DNA of 64,000 nucleotides from Hydrolagus colliei (GCA_035084275.1 CM068743.1:40734001-40798000); one strand, 5' to 3'. Positions 38,351 to 51,115 are shown, counted from the stretch's first letter. The notes: a model not told the origin generated them from the letters alone. Numbers and translations are program-made.

Positions 38351-40583
38351 GTGAGACTGGTAGGGTTTGAAGCCACGTGTATATATAGCAACGCAAATTC
38401 AGCATGTTTTTCACGCTTTGCCAACTTAAAGCAAACTCCGCAGCAGTACCGAAACCTGCTCATCCATATCAATAAGCAACTAGATATTTTCAAACAAATG
38501 CCACGCTTCTGTCTATAAACATATATATATATATATAGTGTGTGTATATATGATATATGGTCAGATCTTTTAAGAGAATTGTGTGATCTCTTGGACCAAA
38601 ATTCTGTCTAGTCTTCGGCTGTAAGACCACTTTGTCTCCAGATTTAAGATTGAGCAGAATTGTGAAAAACTCTTAATTGGACACCTGATTCTGTTTAAAG
38701 CTCATGGAAAACAAACCGGATTCCAGATTAAGACCAAATTGAAGAAGTTTCCCCCAATTCTGTGCCGTTTTAAGTCAAAATAGACTCTTAAAAAGTGTGG
38801 AATTTTGGCCCATTGCAGCACTTGTTACATTTGGGAAAAGTTGCAGAATTTGACCTCGTGAGCAGTTGTTCCTGATTGTTTTAAATACATTTTTCTAAAA
38901 CACAAAGAGATAAATATTTTCTAAGACTCTTACACCAGGGGAACACACAGGCAAGTCATGAACCTTGACAGGGAAAATAATCTTTGTTGTTCGACTCTGG
39001 AATGGTCAACATGAAGTTAATGTTATCGCATGGATTTTCTAAGCAGTGTTTTTTTCCTAAGAAATCTCTCTATACTTTAACCACCTTTATGCCACTGTGA
39101 CGGGTGTCATGTATATATTCATGCTAGAAAGATGGAGTCAAATGTATCTGCTCACATTCCATGTCCACTGATTCCATCTCTCTTTTTGTGCCAATATATT
39201 TTGATAGAGGAAGAGAACACTCGATTTGCTAATCAACCACATCTTGATATTGTGCATCACGGTCTTTTCATTTCTTTACAACTCTTTCTCTTTGCGTCAC
39301 TGTCCTTCTTACCTGAAGAAACCTTTTCCGAGGGTATCCGTAACCCATGTGCCTACTCTTACTAGTTGGGTGGCACAAATGTTTTAACACAGCTGAGAAT
39401 CTATCTTCTGTGTACTCTGAGCATGTAAAGGTCTGATCACATCATTGATAAAGCAGCTCGATGGTGGGGGTCAGTAGAGTGATTGTTCTCGGGGTATCAG
39501 AGCAGATAGGCCAAAGCACCTCTTCATCCAAACTATTATTGTGATCTTGCGAACAACATTGCCATATAACAATGCACAGTCCGAAGGATTTGAAGATGTG
39601 TTTACTACCTAGCTTTTGTGCTTCACACTTTTACTGTATAAGAAGAAATCACGACAATTAATTAAATGTGCATTATAATCCCCGACTGGAAGTTTCTACA
39701 AAGACTAAGATCTGAAAGGTTTTGACAGGCTGTACAGCACGGCTTTTGCTTGCAAGGCGTTTCTGGGGCCGACATTTCTTACAATCCTGCCTTAAATTGA
39801 AGATTTTTGGAGAATTTTCGGAAATCAGTCTTAAATTCATTCACTCTGTATTTTATGCTGCTTTCTTTTTCACGATTGGAGACAACCGATCTCCAAATCC
39901 AGACCGACATCCAAAATTTATAATATAATAATAATGCTTGCATTTGATATAATGCCTTTATCACGTCTTCAAAATGTCTCAAAGCACAGTCATGGATTGA
40001 GTAGCCAATTTAATATAAAGTTTTTTTAAAACCATTATACATTTACATTTTAATTTTGGGGGCAGGCGGGGAGAGGGGGAATCATTTTGTTTGGGAGAAG
40101 AAAAAGAAAACTTTGTAAATATTGTTATTCACTTTTGACATGTTTGTTTGAATAGTGGTCGCTGTGTTGGGCAGTGGCCGGTTGAGAGTTGCTGTAGCCA
40201 GCACTATACGAGAGGTGACTTGGCATGCAGGTCACATAAACCAATGTCACCAAGCACTAATATTCCCCTCTCCAACCCAAACAATATCAAATACTGTAGC
40301 GGCTTCAATACATCAATTTCTGAATAATACTCAAACAGACTTTGTGGTTTGAGCATTTTGGAACGTCCTCCCGATGTGAAAGGCGCTATACAAATATCAA
40401 TTTGTTGCGCCATTTTGTAATGATTGCAACATTATAATTACTCCTATTTCTTAACGTTTATGCAAATTGTAGTGTCATTGGTGTTTGATGTAGTGACCTT
40501 TCCCACTATCTCCATTGCAGTGAAATCATGAACTGAACGGGTGTCTGTTTTCCATCATTCTAACACTTACTGTCCTTACGCAG

Positions 40584-41936
40584 TGGAACCCCAACCTGTG
40601 GCAGAGACCGAGCCTGACTTGGATGCCATAGAGGAGGCCACGCAGGTTATAACCGAACTGACAGGTGAGGAAGAGGAGACGGGAGAGCTGCAGGCCAAAC
40701 CAAGCTTGCCTCCCGAGGCAGCACAGGAGGGAGATCTGCACCTACTGTGGGAGGCCCTGGCCAAGAAACGGCGAATGAGCCGGGAGCCAACCCTGGATTC
40801 CATCTGTGAAGTCCCAGAGGAGGACGACAAGGCCCTGAGACGGCGGCGGCAGAAAGCCGCGGAGAGCGAGGACCTGTCTGCGGATGAGACGTCCCGGGTT
40901 TGGGATTCCTACACGAGTTCCGACGAGGATTCCAGATCGGGCACCCCGAGCCTCGTCCACTACCTGAAGAAAGCGGGCAAGTCCACCATTACCGTGGCTG
41001 GGAGAATCCAAACTGTGTCCACCAGCAAGTTCTGGAAGCACTGGGAGACGTCGGTGACAGAAGCTGAGCAGCCAGGAATCCCAGCTGCTGGCCCGGAGGA
41101 GGACCCGTCACTGGTGGAGGCCGCCACCAAGATACAGGCGGCGTTCAAGGGCTACAAGACCAGGAAGGTGCTGAGGCAGCAGGGCGCCCCCGTGCTTGGG
41201 GAGGTTTTCAAAACCCAGGTGAGCGAGCCGGGCCGGACACTGCACCTGGAGTGTGTGTCTCTGAGCAAATCTGAGATCAAGGTGCGGTGGCTGAAGGACG
41301 GGGAGGTGCTGGTGGACGGGCGCCATTACCACATCGACAACTATGCCGACGGGACCTGCTCCTTGATCATCACGGGAGTGGAGGAGAAGGACACAGGGAA
41401 CTACACCTGCGAGGTCTCCAACGCGTCCGGCGCCATCTCCCACAGTGCCAAGGTTTACGTGGCAAGCGGCGCCCAGCAGGCCGGCCAGAAGCCCAAGCGA
41501 GAGGTGGCCAAGAAACAAGGCAGTGACAGCGACCTGGAAAGCTCGTCGGGCAGCGAAATGGATGACGCATTCCGTAGAGCAGGCAAACGGCTCCACAGGC
41601 TCCTGCACTCCAAGCTGTCTCTCGAGTTCTCGGATGTGGAGGAAGAGTTCTTTGTCAGCGCCGATGAGGGAGAAGACCTGGAGGACAAGCAGACCTACCA
41701 CGAGGATGAGAAGTACATCTACGTGAAGTTCGACACCTTAGCAGAGGCCGAGCTGGCAGCGGCCAGGTTCAAAGAAATGTTTGTTGGCCGGGGTGTTCCC
41801 GTGCATATTGATATCTGCGAAGACGGGGCGAGAGCACAAATCCGGATCACAAAGACCTCTCAGTTCTCCACTTCCGAGTCTGAAGAAGGTCGGGCTCCTA
41901 CCCGGGCGGGATCGGCCTCTGTCGGTGTGGAGGCTG
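40584..41936 (+). CDS. OBSCN: Exon 26, large exon: acidic linker, IQ motif, Ig, linker
   Basis: CAG acceptor at 40581-40583. Donor CTG/GTGCGT preferred, giving ...VEA-APLF; in-phase alternative donors after 41888 and 41924. Confidence 0.85.
41117..41167 (+). other. OBSCN: IQ calmodulin-binding motif (coding)
   Basis: EAATKIQAAFKGYKTRK fits IQxxx[RK]Gxxx[RK]. Confidence 0.9.
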
Positions 41937-41944
41937 GTGCGTTT

Positions 41945-42590
41945 CTCAAATTTCTCCCACTCCTGACCTCTCACCGATCTCTCAAACTCCACCAACCAAT
42001 CAGCTCCAAAGTTGCCCAAATCTCCCCCCCACCCCCACCCCCCCACGCGTTGCATAGTCCTTGCCTGCACGCCCATCACCTCAGGACCTACCCACTCTCC
42101 ACTGGCTCCCAGTGCGTTGATATCAAGATTCCTATCCTTACCTACAAATCCTTCCACTCCCTGGTACCTTCTTATCTCTCCAAACTTCTCCTGCCCTACT
42201 CCTCCGCTTGCCCCTGCACTCAGCTAACTCCGGTTATAGCCGGACTCTGTGGCTCAGCGTCAGTGGCCTTGCCTTCAATTCCTACTTTCCCAATCTTTGG
42301 AACTCTCTCCCTTGACCATTTGTGTTTGATTCTTAAACATCACAAACACACGGGCCTTCAGCCTCTCTGCCCCATGCTGTGGAACTCTATCCCATATTCG
42401 CTTTGCCTCACTACATACCCTGCCTCCTTTAAGGCGCGTCTCACAACCCTCCTCTTCAACATGCCTTTGCCCACCCTCCTACCACTACCCTCCTCCCTGA
42501 TCATGACCCCCAGCTCATGTCTAAATCCCTGACTATCCAGCGCCTTGGGAGGTCCTCTCGATGTGAAAGTCGCTGTAATATTGTATTGTA
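41945..42590 (+). mobile_element. L2 LINE 3' fragment (older)
   Basis: CTCCACTGGCTCCCAG...ATCAAGATTCCTATCC; CGCCTTGGGAGGTCC tail. Confidence 0.8.
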
Positions 42591-42964
42591 GAACTTCGCT
42601 TATGCACCATTTGAACAGGCTCGAACATGGCACATAAATCTGACTTATTTTCTATGGTTAGAACCGTGAGGAATAAACCTCAACAGCGGCAATGGTCTGT
42701 CAGTTAATACAGTAACATCCTTTACACTTTGAGAAAGAAAATTCCACTGTGTTGCATCTTAAAGTGAATTGTACTCTAGATATCAAAACAGAAGTTGCCG
42801 GGAACATGCAGCAGGTCAGGCAGCATCTATGGAGAGAGGAGATTGAGTTAAACTTTTTGTCAAAAGGTCATCGATCTGAAAACGTTAACTCATTCTCCTC
42901 TCTCCATGCTGGGCGTTCCCAGTGGCTGATGTTTTTATTTTATTTCAGATTGTCAGCATCTGCA

Positions 42965-43400
42965 GGAGTTTAAGATCCTCGTCCTCACCTACAAGGCCTT
43001 ACACGGCCTTGCCCCATCCTACCTAACCGATCTACTCTCCCCCTACACGCCCACCCGGACCCTCCGTTCAACAGGACTTGACCTGCTCCAAGCCCCCCGC
43101 CTGAACCGCCCCACCATCGGAGGCCGGGCCTTCAGTTTCTCCGCTCCCACCTTATGGAATGCCATCCCTCAATCCCTCCGTTTCGCCTCTTCCCTTTCCT
43201 CTTTCAAGGCCGGTTTGAAGACTTTCCTCTTCGATCGTGCCTTTTGTTCCACCCCGAACTCTTTTACCTCCCCTTCGTGTTTCACCCCTTCCCAAACACT
43301 CCCCTCCCAGCTCGGGTCACACGCCTCTTGTTCAGCGCCTTGGGACGTCCTCCCGACATGAAAGGCGCTCTATAAATGTAAATTGTTGTTGTTGTTGTTG
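42965..43400 (+). mobile_element. L2 LINE 3' fragment (younger, CpG-rich)
   Basis: FKILVLTYKALHGLAPSYL-type coding; (TTG)n tail. Confidence 0.88.
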
Positions 43401-43472
43401 TATTGTGCCTTTGGCACTCTGGGTATCATTCACTATCTAATGCTTTGATGTTTATTGTTCTATCACCTGAAG

Positions 43473-43751
43473 CGCCCCTCTTTGTATCCGAGCTCCAGAA
43501 CCAGGAGGTTCAGGAAGGCTACCCCATCAGCTTTGACTGTATGGTGGGTGGGTTCCCACCTCCCACCGTGCGATGGTTCAAAGACGGAAAGATTCTTGAC
43601 GAGAACGACCATTATATGATCAACGAAGACCAAGATGGATGCCACCAACTTATATTGACATCAGTCAATTTGAGTGACATGGGAGTGTACAGATGTGTGG
43701 CAGAAAACTACATTGGCATTAGCTCAACAAAAGCTGAACTGAGAGTGGATG
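43473..43751 (+). CDS. OBSCN: Exon 27, Ig
   Basis: APLFVSELQNQEVQEGYP...AELRVD; AAG acceptor. Confidence 0.92.
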
Positions 43752-43994
43752 GTAAGTAATAATAATAATAATCCATGTATTTGACATAGCGCCTTATCTC
43801 GTCTCAAAGTGCTTCACAGAATGTACCCCAAATGTAAAGACTGTGTTGTTGTGGATGAATGTATCACACGGCGCTAAATTTGGGTGGAAATTACTATTTA
43901 AATGGGAGAATTAACTACAGTCAATGTTATCTTTTAGGAAAATTGTAAAATGCTCAATTTTCCTTTTCTAACAGTTTTACGATATGTTTTACAG

Positions 43995-44070
43995 TTACCA
44001 GTTCAGATTACGATACAGCTGAAGCCACAGAGACATCCTCCTATGTCAGTGCTCAAGCCTCCCTCATACG
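43995..44070 (+). CDS. OBSCN: Exon 28, linker (76 bp)
   Basis: TSSDYDTAEATETSSYVSAQ; phase 1-2; not in ORF track. Confidence 0.88.
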
Positions 44071-45575
44071 GTCAGTGTTAGTGGTAACAGTGGTATATCG
44101 TTGTTGTTGTGGTCAGCCAGGTGTCTGACATTGGCGCAAGCTCACCAAGAAAGCTTAAGATTGTCCAAACTAATCTGAGAGTTTCCGACATGGAAATCGC
44201 CGCGTTTGGAATAAATTGCGCACACTGTCCCCTGGAGGGATGCATCCTGCTTACCTGATTCCAGAGAGTAGCAGGGACAGCTTGGCAAGAGCCAAGGCTA
44301 GAAGCATGCGTTGAAGAATGCTGGAGTTTTAAGCAGCTGAAGTCAAACTGCACAAGAGCAGTTTGCTCTTGTGCAGTTTGCCATTAAGAGCAGTTTGCTC
44401 TTGTGCTCTTTGCCATTAAGAGCAGTGTCTGGCAAGGTTTCTGCCACTTGCCTGATTTTTAAAAGTTACTGTGATAACTAATGGTATTCTTCAGATGTAA
44501 TAATAATAATAAGCTTTAGACCTGATACAGCACCTTACCACGTCCTCGCAGCGTCTCAAAGCACACTGTAAAGTGGTTTTGACTATATATTTTGTGGGTG
44601 AAATGCAGCAGCCAGTTTACGCACAGCAGTGACCCACAAACAGCCACAAAGTGAATGAACAAGTTTATGTGGGGATTTGTTGGCCAGGGCACAGGAGGAA
44701 TTCATGCCATGAGATGTTTGAAGAGGCGCAGGCACAGTTTAACATCTCATCCGATAATATCTTATCAGATACTTGATATAATATCAAGTGCAGTGTTAAC
44801 TGAAAGGAGCAGGCCGACACCTTGCATTCATTCTTAATAACTTAGTCAGTCATACACTGGGCCAGTTAGAAAAGAGCAACCGTGGAAACAGCTACAAATT
44901 CCCTCCTCCGCTACACACAGGCTACAAACACCCATAGGCACCAATCAACCCTCTGCAATTTCCCGCAAAATTTATCAAAAGCCCACAATTTTTGGCAAAG
45001 ATTTCCGCCCTTCTCTATGGCCCAGGTCATACCTAAGCCCCGGAATTCGAGCTTGCCTTAGGATATTTGTGTCTCAGAGATCGAGTTGAATTGTGTGAAG
45101 TTCTTAAATTTAGTCTTAATTAGTCTTGAAGCTGCTTTTCCACAGTTCTCTTTTTATGTTGAAACATCTCACAACAACAAAAACTACAAACAATTACATT
45201 TATAGAGCGCCTTTCACATCGGGCGGACAAAACTTCACAACAAGAACATCATTCAAAAATTTATGGGTGACATTTGATGTTGCACCTCTCATTTCAGGAG
45301 GATAGTTCAAAGCGATTTACACTGTTAAGGAGCCTGGTATTTCAAAGCGCTTCACAGGATTTGTGCAGTTAGTGCCCGTATGGTGCAGTATAGTGACTGT
45401 TTATTCATTGGCAAACAGCTATTCAGTTCAGAGACTGTTGTGTTGGCTTTTTGGGGCTACGTTGTTTGTTTGCCATTCAATAACAGCCTCACTAATGACT
45501 GGAGGTTTGGTTTCAGAGGCTTATTAATAAGGGATCGATGGCATTAATTCTTGCTGTCTTCACTTGCCTCAACAG

Positions 45576-45703
45576 GGAGCAGAATTTGGAAGGTTTGGAG
45601 TCGCAGGCTGAAGAGGAGCAACTGCCGCAGATAGTGGAGGAACTTCACGATGGCTTTGTCACCCTCGGGGCTCCAATGACAAAGCTTCAAATTGAAGTGA
45701 AAG
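45576..45703 (+). CDS. OBSCN: Exon 29, linker and Ig N-half
   Basis: EQ...QLPQIVEEL...EVK; phase 2-1. Confidence 0.9.
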
Positions 45704-45867
45704 GTTTGCTGAACGATTGGCTCACTGGGCCACCAGTTTACGGAGACTCTACTGTGTTTATATCATCTGAAAGCACTTTTTACACACCTGCCTGGGCATC
45801 AGAGCCAGTGGGGTGGGGTGGGGTGTGCAAGATGACTAGAAGCACAGTCTTACTTATTAGTAGTACT

Positions 45868-46172
45868 TAATAATAATCATAATAATAATAATCCTTACAT
45901 TTGATAGAGGGCCTTACAAAACATCTCAATGTACTTCACAGAATATACTGTAAAGTAAATTGACTGTATTTGTAGGCGAAACGCAGCAGCTAATTGAGCA
46001 CAGCAGCGTCCAGCGAACAGTCGTGGACCAAATTATTATTGGGTTTTTTTCTTGAGAGATTATCATCAGTCGGTGGCATAAGGCAACTTGCCCAAGGTTT
46101 TGCCCCTGACCGGGAATCGAACCCAGGTCACTCCCATGCGAGGAGAGCACTCTAACCACTAACCTACAGGGC
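45868..46172 (-). mobile_element. tRNA-headed SINE, full length
   Basis: Same family. Confidence 0.85.
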
Positions 46173-46222
46173 ACTGAGCTACAGCGATGATGTAAGATTG
46201 TTCAATGTCCTCACTGCCACAG

Positions 46223-46420
46223 GCTATCCAGTGCCTCGAGTGTATTGGTTTCGGAATGGTAAACCTCTGCGTGGCACTGACAAGGTGCTGATGATGGATG
46301 AGGGAGGGATTCATTCACTGGAAATCCTTGACGTTTCCAAAGAGGATGATGGTGAATATGCCGCCTACGTCAGCAATTCCTCAGGCTCCGCATATACGGC
46401 TGCTGTCCTGCATGTACAAG
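46223..46420 (+). CDS. OBSCN: Exon 30, Ig C-half
   Basis: GYPVPRVYWF...DDGEYAAY. Confidence 0.92.
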
Positions 46421-46961
46421 GTAAGCGGGGTCTCCTCGGACCTCAACTGGCTCCAAGGCGACATGTTTGGGAATGCAATGTTAGATTCAAGGCCACCCTA
46501 TGTGATGGTCTCTAATCTCCGGTTCCTGAGCCAGGCTGAGGCTCGCAGTATATCCAGGACTCTCTCTCTCTCGCTCTCACTGCTGATGACAGCACAGCCC
46601 CAGTCCTAGCTACTCAGCGGGATTTGTAAGGGCAGACCATTCACAGGGGGCAGTGAGCCATGGTGAGAGAGCCTGGGTGGTGATTCTCAGCAGCCTAATT
46701 CAACAACGGGATACAACAATAACAACAACTTGCAGTTATATGGCGTGTTTCATGCTGGGCAGGGAGGGAGGGAGGCTGGGTGAAGGGATTGAGGGAGAGA
46801 GTTCAGAAGCTTTGGGGTATAGTGGCTGAAAGCAATACTTCATACTTGAGCTTCCGATCCTGTCGTGGACAGTTAGAAACTCTAATGTTCCACTCTTTTG
46901 AAGCACAGTAGTCCACTACCCAAGAAAGCTCTTAATTCTGTGTGTTTCAATCCTATTCCAG

Positions 46962-47003
46962 CCCCTGGAGAGGAGATCGAGAAGAGAGTGCTTGAAACTA
47001 AAG
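46962..47003 (+). CDS. OBSCN: Exon 31, 42-bp linker micro-exon
   Basis: ttccag/...AAAG/gtaaat; PGEEIEKRVLETK; phase 1-1. Confidence 0.7.
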
Positions 47004-47428
47004 GTAAATTTACAACTTATCTCCACAACTTTACAGTATATTTTCAAAGCAATAGTTGTAGAACCTCAGGCCTTGAAAATGTTATGGCCATTTAACAGCA
47101 TTGTTCAATTGGATTGTGCAGCTGGAATCAAAAACTGTTGAGAAATTCTGTGGTTGCAGATCTATTCTATTTAGCTAGCAGTAAGTAGGAACCCGCTTGT
47201 TAGTCGATTGGCGGATCGCTTATCCTGACTTGATAGCTGTTGTGAAGTGTTGTGAGTCCATTAGACATTATAGGTGCTATGTTGAACTCATGATTATTTT
47301 CTCACAAGCTGCGGTTAATATCCAGTCAGTTAGTTTTCCAACAGCCCTTTATGATCTAACACTATCTCTTCACTTAACACTGGTGTGGAGGGCGCTATAT
47401 AAATTGAAGTTGTTGTTGTTATCAACAG

Positions 47429-47524
47429 CAAAAGAAAAGTTAGTTCCACCACGATTTCTGGAACGCTTCACAAACAAGCGTGTGAAGAAGGGAGCGAGCA
47501 TTACCCTGACTATCAAGGTTGAAG
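47429..47524 (+). CDS. OBSCN: Exon 32, Ig N-part
   Basis: EKLVPPRFLERF...IKVEG. Confidence 0.9.
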
Positions 47525-48433
47525 GTACGATGGGTCTTATCTCTGTTAGTAACTATAAAAATACTCATCTAACGCTGTGGTATACTTTCCGTATGGTGTT
47601 TTAAACGTGCAACAGTCTCGCTCTGTTGTTTGTTGAGTGAGTAGCTGAACCATATAGACTGAGTAGATCCCATATTTGATCCTTGGTCAGTTATGAGTTA
47701 ACTGAGGCAGCCAGTATTCCTGCCTTTGGTTAACCAATGAGCCTTGGCTGGAACAACTATTAGACAAGCTAAGACTCTTCAGGTTTAGAGGGAGGTTAGT
47801 CTGAGAGAGGACTGTACTCGGATGCAGTTTTCAATGGGATTGGGAAAGTAGCATCAGAATAATACTAATAAACTGGGCACTGAGGCAGGAGAACAGGGGA
47901 CATGGGTTTAGATCATAAAAGGACAATTTCAGTACAAACACCAGGAAGTGTTTCCTTACCCAGATGGTAATTAACAATTGGTACTGGGTTTGCCAGCAAC
48001 CATGGTTGAAGCTAGGAAACTCGTTCTAAAAAACAGTTTGATGTTGTAATGGGAGGGAGGTAGAGTAGGTTTTTAGATATGGATGAGATCAGATGGGCTG
48101 AAGGGCCTCCTTTCAACTGACTCAAACTTGTGATTCTGTGTTTTCTCATTCCACACATCTCTGCTTACCCAGCAGTAAGTAGGAAATTAGTGGTTAGTTG
48201 GTTGGCGGGTCGCTTTGCTGAGGAAATAATCTGTCCCCAATAAAACTAGTCACTCAATCCCCGGCTGTTAGTGGTGCACATTTGAGTGCAATTGGCTGCT
48301 GCCTTTCACCTATAAAGTACAAAGTCAACTCACTTTACAGTATATTCTGTGAAGCGCTTTGATAAGGTGACGTGATAAGGATCTATATCAAACGGAAGGA
48401 TTATTATCATTATTATTATTATTGAATCTGTAG

Positions 48434-48652
48434 GCTCTCCCGTGCCTGACATCACATGGCTTAAAGAGGAGTCTGTGGAAGATGTCATCTGGATCAAACA
48501 CGACACACCCGGCTATAGATTAGCCAGTTCCAACATGCAGCACAGTCTGATCCTCCTGGATGTAGGCAAGGAATATTCTGGTGTCTACACCTGCATTGCC
48601 ACAAACAAGGCCGGCCAGTCCATTTGCACCGCTCGTCTCGATGTCACTGAAG
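48434..48652 (+). CDS. OBSCN: Exon 33, Ig C-part (GC donor)
   Basis: SPVPDITWL...YTCIA; ends AAG/GCAAGT. Confidence 0.87.
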
Positions 48653-49280
48653 GCAAGTAACTGCCAGCTTTCCAGTGAAAGTTATGTTGTAGATTCTTCA
48701 CCAGCTGAATAATCTCTGTCTATCCAGGGTCTTTGCAACAACAACAACAATTTTTACGTTTATATAGCACCCTTCACCCCGGGCACCTAGAGCACTCTGG
48801 TCTCAAAGTCTCGGGATGTCCTCCGACATGAAAGGCGGTGTACAAATGGAGATTGTTGTTGTTAGTGTTGTGCTATATATATGTAATTTGTTGTTGTCAC
48901 CCTATAGTTTTGACATCAGAAAGCAGATTATTTTAAACGGTTTACACAATTGTTTTTAAAAAAAGTTAAAGTAGATATATAACAACAAAGGAATTTTTGA
49001 TTATTTTTATTGAATTCATGGGTTTGCTTTTGTGAATTAATTCATCCTCATTCCAAACGAAATATACTTGAAAAGTAATCTTGTGCTTATAGCTATAGTT
49101 TAAATATATTATTTACATATAAAGTTTAAAAATATTATTTAAATCTAAAGTTTAAATATACTATTTAACTATAAAGTTGAACTACTGTATAATGTTTAAC
49201 TATAGATTTAATACGTAGGATTATTATTGGGTAGAGCAAACTCCGTAGTTTATACTTTTGTCTGTCCTTTGCATTTTCAG

Positions 49281-49353
49281 TGCAAGAAACTGGAGTTTCT
49301 ACAAAAGAAAGCACAACTGTGAAAGAAAAGCTAATGCAAACATTCTTAAATGG
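49281..49353 (+). CDS. OBSCN: Exon 34, linker (73 bp)
   Basis: VQETG...VKEKLMQTFLNG; phase 1-2; strong pyrimidine tract. Confidence 0.8.
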
Positions 49354-50338
49354 GTAAATTTACCAATATAACGACAGGTAGCTTCTGCTGGTTAAATGCA
49401 AATCATGCCTGCGAGGTCAGATCAGTTTGTTCATTTTAAATTTGCTTATCCTTCTCTGCTCAGACGGTGTTAAACAGAGTTAGGACTAACCAAGTTTTGA
49501 TGCCAGGCCTGTCATTAGTTTGTTCATCTCAACTAGGCTACAGCAATTAAAACCATTTTTGAATTTGCGCTTCTGAAATATTTTATAGTATGACTTTGGT
49601 ATCGGTCGAGAGTTAAGAGATGCAGTAATGATGGCAGACTGAGAAATATAACACCCCAAACTATAACATCCTAAACCAATGGATCACTGACTGAGGGATA
49701 ATTATTCTTTTCAGCACTTGGTGTCAGTCTAGCTCATTTGACATTTGATGCAGTGTTAGAGGGTCTGTCCTTTGGATGAAACATTGAACCAAAGTCCCAT
49801 CTGTCTGTTCAGGTGGAGGATAGAAACACTATAGACATTGATGTCAATAGCAAATTGTGGTTAGTTAGACACCATAAGTTATCCACAGCTATTTTGGACT
49901 TCCCCCGCCCCGCTCGCCCCACCCCTCAAGCCTTGGCTCTTGCCAACCTGCGCCTAATACTTTCCAGAATTAGGTAAACGGAGAGAGAGAGAGAGAGAGA
50001 TTCCATTCCACCTATCTATCTCTGGGATTTCCATGTTTCCATGTGTAGGTAGGAGGCCTGGAAATCTCAGTTTGGTCTGACACCCGACTGATGTTCAGGA
50101 TAACAATCCCTCCAATAAAATTGGTTGTTGACTTCACGGCTGTTTGTAGGACATTACTGCGCTCAGATTGGCTCCTGTGTTTGTGACAGTAATTCCTGTG
50201 AAGTGCTATCAGGAGTCTCAATGACTTGATAACAGTGACGTCAAATGTAAAACAATTCTAATCTTCATTTAATATTAAATCTGTGTTTATTTTTTCCCCT
50301 TTAACCATGGCTTTGTGCTATGCGCTGTGTGGTTATAG

Positions 50339-50385
50339 ATCACCTCTAGAACTCGACCACAGAGGGCTGGAAGGGCCACAAGTGG
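50339..50385 (+). CDS. OBSCN: Exon 35, linker micro-exon (47 bp)
   Basis: tag/A TCA CCT...GTG G/gtgagt; phase 2-1, the phase needed to bridge exons 34 and 36. Confidence 0.7.
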
Positions 50386-51115
50386 GTGAGTGACTGTCAG
50401 TGGATCCTTTACACCCTCAAACTAAGCTTTAACAGAGAAACCTGGTACTGTGTCAGTCTGTCAGTCAGTATATCTGTCAAATTCTACATGTTAAATTTGA
50501 ATAACATCTTCAAATTAAAAAACACTCAAATACTGTAAATATGAAATAAAAAGCCAAATTGCTAAGAATAAAGGCAACTCGAGGAATCTCTCCAAAAACA
50601 AGATGAATTAGTGTTAGCTTTTCCACTGTAACTCGTAATCAGAAGTATTTATTGTAAGTAAATATTAACCCGTTGTTAGTTGATTTATGGATGGCTTTCT
50701 GGGGTTAATAACCCCTTCAAAATAAAGTAATAATGATAATCATTTGGTCACTCAATCCACTGTGCGCAATTGGCTGCTATATTTCAGCCACAAAATATTT
50801 AATTCACTTTACAGTTTGTTCTGTGAGTTGCTTTGAGACATCTTTAAGATGTCTAAAAGACGTGATGAAGTGCTATATTAAATGCAAGGATTATTATTAT
50901 TGTTATTATTCTTGTTCTGTTCCTAAGGCAGAGTATGCCTTGCCAAGTTGTTGCATTGTATATGAAGTATTGTAATGTAGTTCACATTATAGAACAACTT
51001 TAACAAGGGCCTGACGTGATGTTGATATGTTGCTCAGGCAAAGTATTTAGGCTTTGTTATATTCTTTTGCCACAACAAAGTCTTGCCATCCCTCAGTGTT
51101 TATTCTCTAACGCAG

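Noticed and set aside
40541-42532. 663-aa ORF as a stand-alone gene
   Set aside because: It is OBSCN exon 26 plus read-through into an L2 fragment; the start is a non-ATG codon upstream of a good acceptor.
44355-44425. About 31-bp local tandem duplication with internal palindrome (AAGAGCAGTTTGCTCTT)
   Set aside because: Two to three copies only; consistent with ordinary slippage and no evidence of function.
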